From positions 10,230,001 to 10,294,000 of the forward strand of contig NC_043015.1 of assembly GCF_006345805.1 (NCBI RefSeq): a stretch of DNA of 64,000 nt, in the 5' to 3' direction. The position numbers and the translations under genes are program-made. The notes beneath the pieces are model-generated. The model saw only the letters and a list, made by a program, of their open reading frames with translations, had not been told where the DNA came from and did no database searches. This stretch comes from Octopus sinensis (Eukaryota). Shown piece after piece: positions 52,722 to 64,000 of the stretch (its first letter is position 1; the number at the start of each line of letters is the position of its first letter).

Positions 52722-53946
52722 ATATTGAAGTGTATAATACAAGCACAATTCACAATACAATCAATAATTATATTAGTTTAGCGCTGAATTGATGAAAAGG
52801 AGAAGTACTTGACTCATCGGATTTTACAGACTTTCACCAGAAAGAAAAAAAGAGGAAATGAAAAATATGAAACACAGAAAAGCCGATTTGATTTACCGGT
52901 ACTAACAGAAAAAGAAGAACGCGTTCGTGTGTAAGGTGTAAGTGAGTAGAAGAAAAAAGTAGTTTGCAAACTAGAAAAACTTCGCAACATGGAGTATCTC
53001 TTGATTGTTTATGAGTTAGCTATGCTACTTTTTCTGCGCCTGTGTGTATGTCTATGTCTCTCTATATACATTAAGTTATGTGCATGTGTGTGTGTGCTTT
53101 TTTCATTAGGCATTTGTATGTAAATATTGGTTGAATGGCACTATATGGTGACGGTCACAGTATATATCAGACGTATGTGTGTGATTGTTTATATGGATAG
53201 ACGTGTGAGTCTATGCACCGTTGTACGATTATGATGATTTATGCAGTTATGTGGTTTTATCAAAATAGTGGTGAAAATTGCGTTAAAAGAAAAGAAAATT
53301 GCATATAGAAATAGGAAAGCTTCTATATTCATGCTGGATCTGCGGAATGTTTAGCATATAACAAAACCAAAAATGCTGACGTACCCGTTGGTATGGTCCG
53401 CGAAATACAAATGGCATGCACTGGACTATCAATTTCCCTTCAGCACAGCCCCATAATTTGTCCTCATCACTGACCATCGTGATCAATATATTTAAGATAC
53501 TCAACACTACACCTATCAAGTCCACTTGCAACTACCCTATAGAGAGTCACCCAAGCGCATTTTTCCTGGCTGCCTTCATTTTTGCCTACTATTTATACCT
53601 TACCTCCTCTCTTCATTAATAGTTTCGTCTTTCGCTCTGCTTCTTCTTGATTCCTCTTTACTGCGGACAAAAAATGTCTGTATGACTTCAAACCAAACAC
53701 TGACACTCTCTTCACTTTTAATCATATTCTTGACTGCAGTACCATTATTTTCTCACCAAAAACCTAATTCCTATTCAGCTGCTAGTCATTTTCCATGTTC
53801 AACTAAGTGGAAATTCTTGTATCCAGCATGAATATAATATCGCACAGCTATCACTGCTTATACATTCGGATGTCGTGACGGATTTATTGTAATTTACTTT
53901 CATACGAAAGATAGAGGAGCAAGTTTATAGAAGATATTTATCATAC

Positions 53947-54112
53947 AGGCGCAGGAGTGGATGTGTGGTAAGTAGCTTGCTTACCAACCACATGGTTCCG
54001 GGTTCAGTCCCAGTGCGTGGCACCTTGGGCAAGTGTCTTCTACTCTAGCCTCGCGCCGACCAAAGCCTCGTGAGTGGATTTGGTAGATGGAACCTGAAAG
54101 AAGTCCGTTGAG

Positions 54113-54185
<73 letters not shown>

Positions 54186-54415
54186 GTGTGTGTGTATGCT
54201 TGTGTCTCTGTGTTTGTCACTCAACATCGCTTGACAATCGATGCTGGTGTGTTTACATCCCCGTACATTAGCGGTTCGGCAAAAATAGACCGATAGAATA
54301 AATACCATGCTTACTAAGAATAAGCCCTAGCGTCGATTTGCTCGACCAAAGGCGGTGCTCCAGCATGGCCGCAGTCAAATGACTGAAACAAGTAGAGAGT
54401 AAAGAGTAAAGAGTA
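53947..54415 (+). mobile_element. SINE family B, near full length
   Basis: Colinear with 1406-1820; longer internal microsatellite; (GAGTAAA)n tail. Confidence 0.85.
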
Positions 54416-55319
54416 TACACTTAGCAACACTTTCATTTCCTATATGAACCTTTTAACCAACACGTTTCTGAACTAATAGAGCTATATCTCCGAACTTACC
54501 TGTCGATTTGTTTATGATATTTATTTCCATCGATCACTCTAACAATATCGTTTCTCATTACTTTACTTATTTCAAGCACATGACTATCGGTGAAACCCTA
54601 CTTTGACTCTACCTAAAAATATACCCGTTCGTACTGACGCTTCCTTTGCTTCGATGTCTTTATCGCCACGGCTATTTCTTTCAAATCTAAATATGCGTAG
54701 TTCCTCGTGATCACACACGACGTTAACCAAGCCACCGTCCTCTTACATCTCAGATCTGACAACCTAACTTAACCAAACACATCTTCCCCTCTCTCTCCCT
54801 GTGTATGTGTGTGCGCATGCTATACATATTGATAAACATTGACTTTTACTGAAGATAGCGAATCTAAAATTCTGAACCCACCGTTTATCGTATCTCTAAT
54901 AGATGTCAAACAAATGACAAAAAATAACCACTTAAGATTCACGTATCAATGTTTCTCTTTTAAAATGATCATTATCGTTTCCATTGACCTGGTTAAATAA
55001 AGAATAATTAACCTCTTGAATTCACCGTATGCCCTATATGATTCAGAGGACAAATTTCACTGGTTCCCATACATCATGTATTTTACACATTCCCAATATA
55101 CTTCCAACTTCCAAAGTGACGTAGGATTTCTGAAAGTCATACGAAACGACGGCTAAATAAACATCTGAATCGAATTGTGAAAATTTAGGACAAAGTTACT
55201 TTAAAAAAAGGTTTGTTTAAGTAAAGGATTTAGGTAACCAAATATCTGAACACATTCATTTATATTTGCTTGAAGTATAAGGTATTGATTTCAATATTTT
55301 GTACAAGGCCAGCAGTTTT

Positions 55320-55912
55320 GCTGCATATCGTACACAATAAATTCATAGATACACTGTGAAACGAGAGGTGTAGGGAACCACATGAAATAACAGCCACAGT
55401 ATAGGGACATTACCAGATTGTTTTATAGAAGTAAATTCTCCTGGCTTTTTTCATTTTTAGTTGAAGACTACTCGACTAGGTCGGTGACTGTAGATTGACA
55501 TATGCCGGGTAACTTCTCTACAAGGAAAAATTATTTGTTTGTCACTGGCATCTTGGGGAAGTATCTTGTACTATAGTGTCGAACCGAATGAAGCCTTTTG
55601 AGTGAATTTGGTAGGCAGAAACTGAAAGAAGGTCATTGTATATGTATATATACATACATGTGTGTGTGCGTGAGTGTGTGTGTGTGTATGTGTGAGTATC
55701 TGCGTGTGTGTGTGTCTGAGTTATCAGCCGGTGTTAGGGGTGTTTACGTCATGCAACTTAGCATTTCGGCAATAGAGAACAATAGAATAAGTATCAGCAT
55801 TCAACACATTCAAGGCAGTGCCCCAGCATGGCTGTAGTAAAATGACTGAAACAATAAAAAAAAATAATAAAAGATATTAAGAAATTCTGTTACATCTTGT
55901 CGATCCCGAACT
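55320..55912 (+). repeat. Local duplication unit 1 (includes headless old SINE-B)
   Basis: 55320-55412 matches 58545-58640; 55500-55912 matches 59745-60172, including the non-SINE flank GAAATTCTGTTACAT. Confidence 0.8.
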
Positions 55913-55957
55913 CTCTCCCTCTTTATATGAATAAAACAATCATCATGGACGCCGTAA

Positions 55958-56065
55958 GGACTAAAGGCAAAACCAGCCCCGGCGAAATATGAACACAGAA
56001 AGTAAAGAAGAGGATTACACCGCTTAGCATACTACCCGGCGTGCTAATCATCCTTGCGGCTTGCC
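55958..56065 (-). mobile_element. SINE family A, very degraded
   Basis: Reverse complement contains TTAGCACGCCGGG..ATGCTAAGCGGT head-like sequence. Confidence 0.45.
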
Positions 56066-57479
56066 GCAATAATGTATAAGAAGATATTGTTGCCAGCTGC
56101 ATCGGCATTTTGCACGATTGTTGGTTATGGATTTACATGCAGGAATCATTACTACATAGCGAAAATAACTGCAAACATGTCTACAGAGGAATATATTTGC
56201 TCATAACAATACAAGTTTCTGTAGCACGAATTGTAAGCTAAAAATATAGTGGAAACAGGGGTACATTGTTATTGCAACCAACATATATGGAATTATTAAT
56301 AATTAAAGTGGCAGGCGGACTTTTATTCATCTAGAATTTCACACCTCAATGCGCAATAATCCTTATGATCAATTTAATAAAATGTATGGCTAATATTCTT
56401 ACTAACATAGAATATATGACATTTACAATTCATCTGTATGAATTGATATTAAGAAATTTTTAAGTATTTTATTAGATCTAAAAAAAACATTCAATGATTG
56501 AAATTTCAACTATTTTCGACATTTAAGCAGCTTGAAAGTTTTCGTACAATATTTACATATATTATCTCTTGCGTAGTCTTTTGTTTTGTTTTGTTATAAA
56601 ATTTGTATATAAGATAAATCCCATAAGATGTTAGGAGGAAAATTATCCTTTTAATGTGCATCAATAATGCGACTTCAGAAAACCAATAAAAACATTATCT
56701 CAGATATTTAATTTAAAATAGGTGTTATTAACAAAACAAACCACAAACATTTTTCCTCTCTTTATCTTGATAAAGGCCATTGTGGTATTATTCAACCTTT
56801 GATAAGGTGTTTTCAATTGTATTTTAAGAATTTATAAGATGCTGATAAATTTAATCAGGAAAAAAAATGCATTCGAATATTTGAAGTTAGACATAAATGC
56901 AACATTTTATTTCATTTCAATAAGAATCATTGATATATTTGTTTTGGTACGACGATATTCGGTTTCTCAAAAGTATTGGTATTAATATTATGCCCATTTA
57001 TGATTATAGCAAAGGACCTTCTCGTAAACTATTCAGCTATATTAGATATTTTTAATATATCACTTTCGTAAATTAGGAAATATATATGTGACAGGAGGAA
57101 CAATGAGTTTTATAATTTCGTGTAATTTCAATCTTCGGTCAGTGAAATGTGAATGAATACAACTCATTTATGTACAATATAAAGAGACAATTTCTCCGAT
57201 CATTTTTGTTAAGTAAACATAGACAATTAATGAATCAACTGAACAATGGAGAATTATGTGGGTACAAGCATATAACGATAATTAAGTGATACATATTTAA
57301 ATTTAATAACGAACTCTACAATCAGAACAATGCAAACGTAGCAAACATCTTGCTGAAAGCGTAGAGAAACCATTCGTGGTATGCTAAAGTATGTTATTTT
57401 ATCAGATATAGATTGGAGATATCTATATCCGCTTTAACGTAATAGCGTGGTGGTGATGACAAATATAGTTCGATAAATA

Positions 57480-57890
57480 TATTTCTTTATTGCACTCAGG
57501 GGGCTACACACAGAAGGAACAAACAAATACAAAGGAACTAAGTCGATTGTATCGACCCCAGTGCGTAACTGGTACTTATTTAATCGACCTCGAAAGGACG
57601 AAAGGCAAAGTTGACCTCGGCGGAATTTGAACTCAGAACGTAACGGCAGACGAAATACCTATTTCTTTACTTCCCACAAGAGGCTAAACACAGAGAGGAC
57701 AAACAAAGACAGACAAACGGATTAAGTCGATTATATCGACCCCAGTACGTAACTGGTACTTATTTAATCGACCCCGAAAGTATGAAAGGGAAAGCCGACC
57801 TCGGTGGAATTTGAACTCAGAACGTAACGGCAGACGAAATATGGTTACGCATTTCGCCCGGCGTACTAACGTTTCTACCAGCTCGCCGCC
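57480..57890 (-). mobile_element. SINE family A head-to-tail dimer
   Basis: Full unit 57660-57890 followed by a second unit starting at GTATTTCGTC (57480-57659); both have the TAAAGAAATA-type tail. Confidence 0.85.
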
Positions 57891-58129
57891 CATATATATT
57901 TTGATAAATAAACAACACAATATACTTAGTAAGGTGGATTTTTAAAAGACAAGTTACTCGGCATATATCAGCCTAGCCGAGTAGTCTTCGACAACAAATG
58001 AAAAAATTCCAAGAAAATTTACTTCTATAAAACACCGTAAAATATGAAACCTATAACCAACAAGCAGAGAATATCAACACATCATAACTGTTTTCATTAA
58101 ATTAACATATCCATAGCGTATCTCGTCAG

Positions 58130-58500
58130 GTTATAAGAAATGTAACTCACATATGTCCAACTTGTGAAATGAGAGATCATGTAGATGAGTGGGTTCACTA
58201 TGTGCAATCTCCGGGATATAACCAAGATGGAATGATAATGTATTACAGCCACGAATAAGTAAAACCAAAAAAACAAAAACAATAATCAATTTACGTAATT
58301 TCGCGGATTTTTTCTGGAACACGTAAAAGAAACCATGATTCACAGAGAAAGCCTTTGGTGTGTTTCAAAAACTATTTTGAAATAATATTCGTGGATGCTA
58401 CACTGAAATATGATGTAGAGCTTTGGGGAAGCACTATACGAAACGAAACTCAAAATAAAGTTATTAAGAAATTTAGGCAAATGTTTCAAGTCACCATTAT
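58130..58500 (+). pseudogene. Possible decayed CUB-like coding segment
   Basis: After a CAG acceptor: VIRNVTHICPTCE..VQSPGYNQDG; after a frameshift a ~95-codon open frame KTIINLRNFADFSG..VCFKNYFEIIF. Motif resemblance only. Confidence 0.2.
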
Positions 58501-58544
58501 GTAAGCGATAACCATTTAAGCAGGGATATAATGCTGATAACAGC

Positions 58545-60172
58545 TGCATATTGTACACAATAAATTCATAGATAACTTGCGAAACGAGAAGTGTAGGGAA
58601 CCACATGAAATAACAGCCACAGTATAGGGACATTACCATAATTAAATGGAAGACAATGCGCAGAGTATAGTTGAAAATACAGGTAACGATGACGTGTATA
58701 TAATGGAATTACAGATAGGCATACATTGTGCCATACGTAAAGAGAATGGTTCAATAAATAATGATGAGTTACAAGGTATTACCATGTAATCTATAAGAAA
58801 TCAACATTAAGAAGTTAATACATACTGTAGAAATTCATCTTAGAGAGAAATAATGAATTAAGTGGTAACAGCCACACTTCTAACACGCCGTTGATATGAA
58901 GAGCGAAGGATAATTTATATAATAAATATATTTAAACAATATCAAATATACTCAGCTACATGACACGTGTGTTCTTATGCTAGAAAACATTAGCTATTAT
59001 GATAAACTCAAATATGCATAGAAATAACAAGTAAAATATATAAGGAAAATAATAGTTAGAGAGTATCATAACAGTGCACTCAACTGCTCAACAGGAAGAT
59101 GATATTAAGCAAGACATAAAATAAAATTAGCTGATGAATTAAAAGTCATTGATAAAACCTCTTTCATCATACAGCTAAACACACACATGAGCGTACACAC
59201 GAAAACGCAGTCATACGCACACACGTAAAGCCCACAACCAGCCACAAACCCATAACAACACGTTATTTTACACTTCATTAACAATTTAATGGCATCTCAT
59301 GAGCTGTTTGTTGAGAAAAAAATTGAAAAACTAATCGACGTTTTGCAGTCGTCGGTTATTATTCTTTTCTACTCTAGGCACAAGGCACAAAATTTTGGGG
59401 AGGATGGCCAGTCGTTAGATCGACCCCAGTACACTACTGCTATTTAATTAATCGAGCCCGGAAGAATGAAAGGCAATATATACCTCGGTCGAATTTGAGC
59501 GCTGAACGTAGCGGCTGACGAAATACATATTTCTTTACTACCCACAAGAGGCTAAACACAGAGAGGACAAGCAAGGACAGACAAAGGGATTAAGTCGATT
59601 ATATCGACCCCAGTGCGTAACTGGTTCTTAATTTATTGAGCCCCGAAGAATGAAAGGCAATGTCTACCTCGCCGGAATTTGAACTCAGAACATAGCGGCA
59701 GACGAAATACCGTTAAGAATTTCGCCCGGTGTGCTAAAACCGTGATTACGCCGGACAAACTGCTTCAGGCTTCTGCCTGTACAAGGAAAAATTTGTTGCT
59801 TGTCATTGGCACCTTGATCAAGTGACTTGTTCTATAGCCTCGATCTAAATAAAGCTTTCTGAGTGAATTTGGTAGACAGAAACTGAAAGAAGCTCATTGT
59901 ATATGTATATATACATACATGTGTGCGTGTGTGTGTCTGTCTGTCTGTCTGAGTTAACAGTAGGTGTTTGGGGTGTTTACGTCATGCAGTTCGGCAATCG
60001 AGAACGATAGAATAAGTATGAGATTTTAAAACGATTATGTGTAGTCAGGGCCGAGTTTTTCGATCAAAACCATTCAAGGCGGTGGCCCAGTATGGCAGTA
60101 GCCAAATGACTGAAAAAATAAAATTAAAAAAATAAAAGATATTCGGAAATTCTGTTACATTTTCCCGATCTC
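58545..60172 (+). repeat. Local duplication unit 2 (expanded by insertions)
   Basis: See unit 1; the spacer between the two matching blocks is ~1.1 kb here vs ~90 bp in unit 1. Confidence 0.75.
59361..59740 (-). mobile_element. SINE family A head-to-tail dimer with mixed tails
   Basis: Junction ~59527 at the same GTATTTCGTC position as the 57480 dimer; first unit ends TAAAGAAATA, second ends GTGCCTAGAGTAGAAAAGAAT. Confidence 0.85.
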
Positions 60173-60311
60173 TCTGTCAAATACACACATAGACACACAA
60201 CACGCACGCACACACATATATATACACACACACCACAAAACACAAATAATCTCACAGACATATTCATACGTATGTATTGTTGATAAATTCGAATACCAAA
60301 TGATTAATCGA

Positions 60312-60495
60312 AGGCTGTAAGCACGCCGGGAAAATTGCTTAGTGGCATTCTGAGTTCAAATTCCATCTGGGTCGATTTTGCCATTCATCGTTTCGGCGTC
60401 GATAAAATATGTAGTAGTAGAGCACTGGGGTTGATGTAATCGATTGAACCTCTTTTCCCGAACTTGATTGACCTTGTGCCTACATTTCAAATCAA
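60312..60495 (+). mobile_element. SINE family A, degraded
   Basis: AGCACGCCGGG..GCTTAG..TTCTGAGTTCAAATTCC..CACTGGGGTTGAT..CCTTGTGCCTA. Confidence 0.65.
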
Positions 60496-62164
60496 TATTT
60501 CTACCTAATCTGTCTAAGAATACCGAAAAATGTCCATAACTTGAACCACATTTAATAAAATATAGGATCCAATAATAACATGTATATTTTTTCAAATATT
60601 TTGCATCATCCATATTACTAAAGGAGTCAATCCTGGTCACTACACTGACATTTTATACGCAGTTAAACTAATATAGCTTATTCCAATTCGTAGATATTTT
60701 AGATATATCTGGTTTTCATGTCACCATATTATAACCGATTGCATGTATCAGCCCTCAATATTCGATGGGTTTCTACGCATGAATTTCTGAGTGTATAATA
60801 CACAGGTTTCTTCATCTCTCACGATTTATGCAAAAATGCCGATGCCAAATATTGGTTTGCTTGTTCATTCATTGAAGTTGTTCCTAAATATTCTTTGGTG
60901 TCCGCTTTCGATTTTCTCTTTCAATGTTACATCACCAAATTGTCAGATATGTCAAACTTAGCAAAGAAAACGTCCAGAAATTGGCTCCTAGATAATATGA
61001 ACCTCTACATGCATGCTGCATATCTCAATATTATATTCCGAAATATTCTCTTTCCTTTGAATGCTATCAATTGAGAAAAGGCGTGTGTGTGTGTATGTGT
61101 GTCTATCGACACAGATGTATTGCATGTATATATAAATATATATAAATATATATATACACATATATAATAATAAACATATACATACAAGTTTGTCTACACA
61201 CATACATGAACATTCACACAAGCACACACTCATGCACGCCCACATACGCACACATATACACACGCATACCTTCGACTACTTAATATACTTAATATAGAGC
61301 TATCGACATTTATATGTAGATATGTATCTTTCAAAATGTTACGCAAATATTAACAAGCAGATACGTCTAAGCCCAACTACCATGTGTATGAATCCGTATA
61401 CACGTATTTATATAGGCACCAAATCATATAAACATGTATGAATACAAACATGCATACACGAGTCATATATTCTTACGACTATTCATATGTTGAGTGGGAA
61501 GATAGAATCGGATGAATAGGAAAATGAATTTAATAAAAGGAATATAGAAATTTAATGAAAGGATTGAATATAATAATATAAAAAAATATTGGTAATGTAC
61601 AAAGTGTAATGTTAATTTATGAAAAAATAAGGTTAATCGGGAAATGAGAAAAATATCAAGAAGATAGATACATTATATCATAATAAATATTTACTGCGGT
61701 GGTATTTTGGCATACAACTCATGGAGTCTGGATGAATAACTGAGCTGGTCATTGTATATTCGTGCATATATATGTATATATATATATGTCCGTATACCTG
61801 AGTATTCGTAGGTATACATAGATGTTTCAATTATACCCAATTCTTGGTATACCTCATTGACGAAAGAAAAGTGCTTTTACACAGAGCCAGAAATCCAGGG
61901 GCTGGAATTAAATAATTTTTCTAGTTTATTTGTCTTTTCATTTCTTTACCATGGGCTGTATTGAACACCTGATGTGGTTTTAGAGCCAGGTTTTGACTGC
62001 TATTTCAAGCATGGTGGTATCTCTTAGATTTCCTTATTTATGACTGTAATTACCATTATTTCCCATAAGCTTTTCTTCCCATGCTGTCACTTGATTTGAT
62101 CGACATTTAAACTAATGATCGTATCCTTATGTATATAGAACTTTATATATGTATGTATATATGT

Positions 62165-62229
<65 letters not shown>

Positions 62230-62408
62230 TATATATAGACAGATAGATAGATTGATAGAGAGAGAGAGAGAAAGAGAGAGAAATCGCACTCCATATCGCA
62301 GTTCACCTATCGCGGTAGGTTTGGGAACGTAACACCACCGATAGTCGACATTTTACTGTATATGTGTGTGTGAGTGTGTGTTTGTATGTATCTATATGTC
62401 TATATATG

Positions 62409-62442
<34 letters not shown>

Positions 62443-62447
62443 TGTAG

Positions 62448-62979
62448 CTATTTATCGTAACAGGTGGAGAAGGATTGTGCACAAGGGGCAACCACTTTTG
62501 AGAAATCTCGAGTTGCACATGAGAAAGTGAGGAGGGATGTCAGGAAGGGCATCGCTGTTACACTTCCAGATGGGAAGGGTCTTCCATTGATGCTGACATG
62601 CAATATCTGTGCAAGACCCTGCCTCAGTAAAGCTGAACTCAAGAGTTATCTTCGTAGTCATAAAGCGAGACGGATGAGTGACAACTGGCCACTGGTAGTT
62701 GTGTAACACACCATACTGATCATATATGTCGGGCATGTGGAAGAGGGTGTAATTCGGCAGGAGGACTTAAACGACATGCAAAGGTACATGAAGCCCAGTT
62801 ACAACTACAGCCGGCTATTACTGGTAAAGGTTTTAGTTGCCAATTCTGTACAAGACATTGTAGATCTTTAGCAGGGCTAAAAAGTAACATTCAATCACAG
62901 TACCAGTAACAGTTAAGCTTCGTGCAATGACCATACTCGATAACGAGGGGGCAGCCATAAATGTATGTTTGTATGTATA
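62448..62979 (+). mobile_element. RTE-clade LINE 3' end with three C2H2-like fingers, flanked by (TATG)n
   Basis: YRNRWR/KDCAQGATTFEKSR (RTE C-terminal DR..WR motif), CNIC..LKSYLRSH, then after a frameshift CRAC..LKRHAKVH and CQFC..LKSNIQSQ, stop 62907-62909, short 3' UTR and TATG tail. Confidence 0.8.
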
Positions 62980-63215
62980 TACGCATTACAATGTAATTCT
63001 AACTGTAAGAGTGTAAGAATTGTATTACTTATATTAAAGAAATAGGCATACATAAACGATTGTGCCAGATGTTGTTTCTTCATAAGTAACAGTAAAATAG
63101 GTATGCGTGAATGAAATGTTCTCCAATTATTTTTCAAACGATTCTGAATATATATGAATGTTTTCGGATAAAATTATATTCAGCGAAATGGAGAGAGGTG
63201 TTTCAGAAGATTTAC

Positions 63216-63244
63216 CTCTCTCAGATTCCTTTCCTCATGACTTT
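63216..63244 (-). other. Candidate 29-nt micro-exon
   Basis: Acceptor CTATTTTCAG, donor GAG|GTAAAT; reads SHEERNLRE. Splice signals only. Confidence 0.2.
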
Positions 63245-63619
63245 CTGAAAATAGGCTAAATAGAAATTTCGACAAATGCATTCCAGTGTATGTAGATTAC
63301 ATTTATGTTGGAATTCAGTTTGAAAACTGGTGGGATAGCACATATATCTAGCGACGCATATTACATTGTCTGGAAACAAATATTTCAAAAATGATTTGAT
63401 ATAATTGAACCATGCCACATATGAAAGATTTTCCTATAATATTTCAATACAAATATCCATTTTTCTGAAAGATATAAGAAATAAATACGGTTGGGTGCAT
63501 ATGTGTAGATATGGCTCAGCTAAATCCGGCCGGTCACTATACAGCGTTACATGTGCGTTAATGGACGTCTGCAATGAACAAGTTTTTCTTAAAATACATA
63601 AGATCTAAATATATATACT

Positions 63620-63780
<161 letters not shown>

Positions 63781-64000
63781 AAAAAAAAATATATATATTA
63801 ATAATAAAATATTAGGGAATAAATCAAAACTTACAGGGAAAAATCAGATTTAGGATTCAATCCAATTTTATAGTATAAATATATTATATTATATCAAGTT
63901 AGAGATAAAACCACTATTAGGCAAATCAAACAATGGAAAACATAAGCCAATACATAAAATTAATTTAATTTATATTAGTTTAAAAATATATCAAAAGTAT

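Noticed and set aside
57480-57890. CRISPR-like or satellite array
   Set aside because: Repeat units are SINE bodies of ~180-230 bp without unique spacers; eukaryotic context.

Overview
Strongly AT-rich, microsatellite-saturated eukaryotic DNA, almost certainly from a coleoid cephalopod such as Octopus (inferred from the SINE families and repeat landscape, not tested). I find no intact protein-coding gene. Most ORFs in the supplied track are translations of (TA)n/(TG)n/(AAT)n repeats. The window is a transposon graveyard: Tc1, mariner and DD37D (maT) DNA transposons, MITE/foldback elements and a non-autonomous Helitron; R4/Dong-like RLE retrotransposons in (AAT)n arrays; L1/Tx1-like, CR1-like, RTE and Penelope-like fragments; and at least four tRNA-derived SINE families. 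The most notable feature is a ~290-bp tRNA-headed SINE-like element (23565-23853, minus strand; second copy 46116-46698). It links a Pol III promoter, an (AAY)n linker, a structurally complete minimal type I hammerhead ribozyme and a 3' hairpin. In the second copy the ribozyme core is mutated and an R4/Dong element has inserted into the linker. Further intact-to-decayed Penelope-type hammerhead motifs and a Penelope RT fragment are also present. Other notable items are an RTE 3' end with three tandem C2H2-like fingers, a nest of (AAT)n-targeting retroelements, reproducibly jointed SINE dimers and several long foldbacks. A few low-confidence exon-like fragments are listed. All identities come from by-eye translation and alignment; coordinates are approximate to a few bases.
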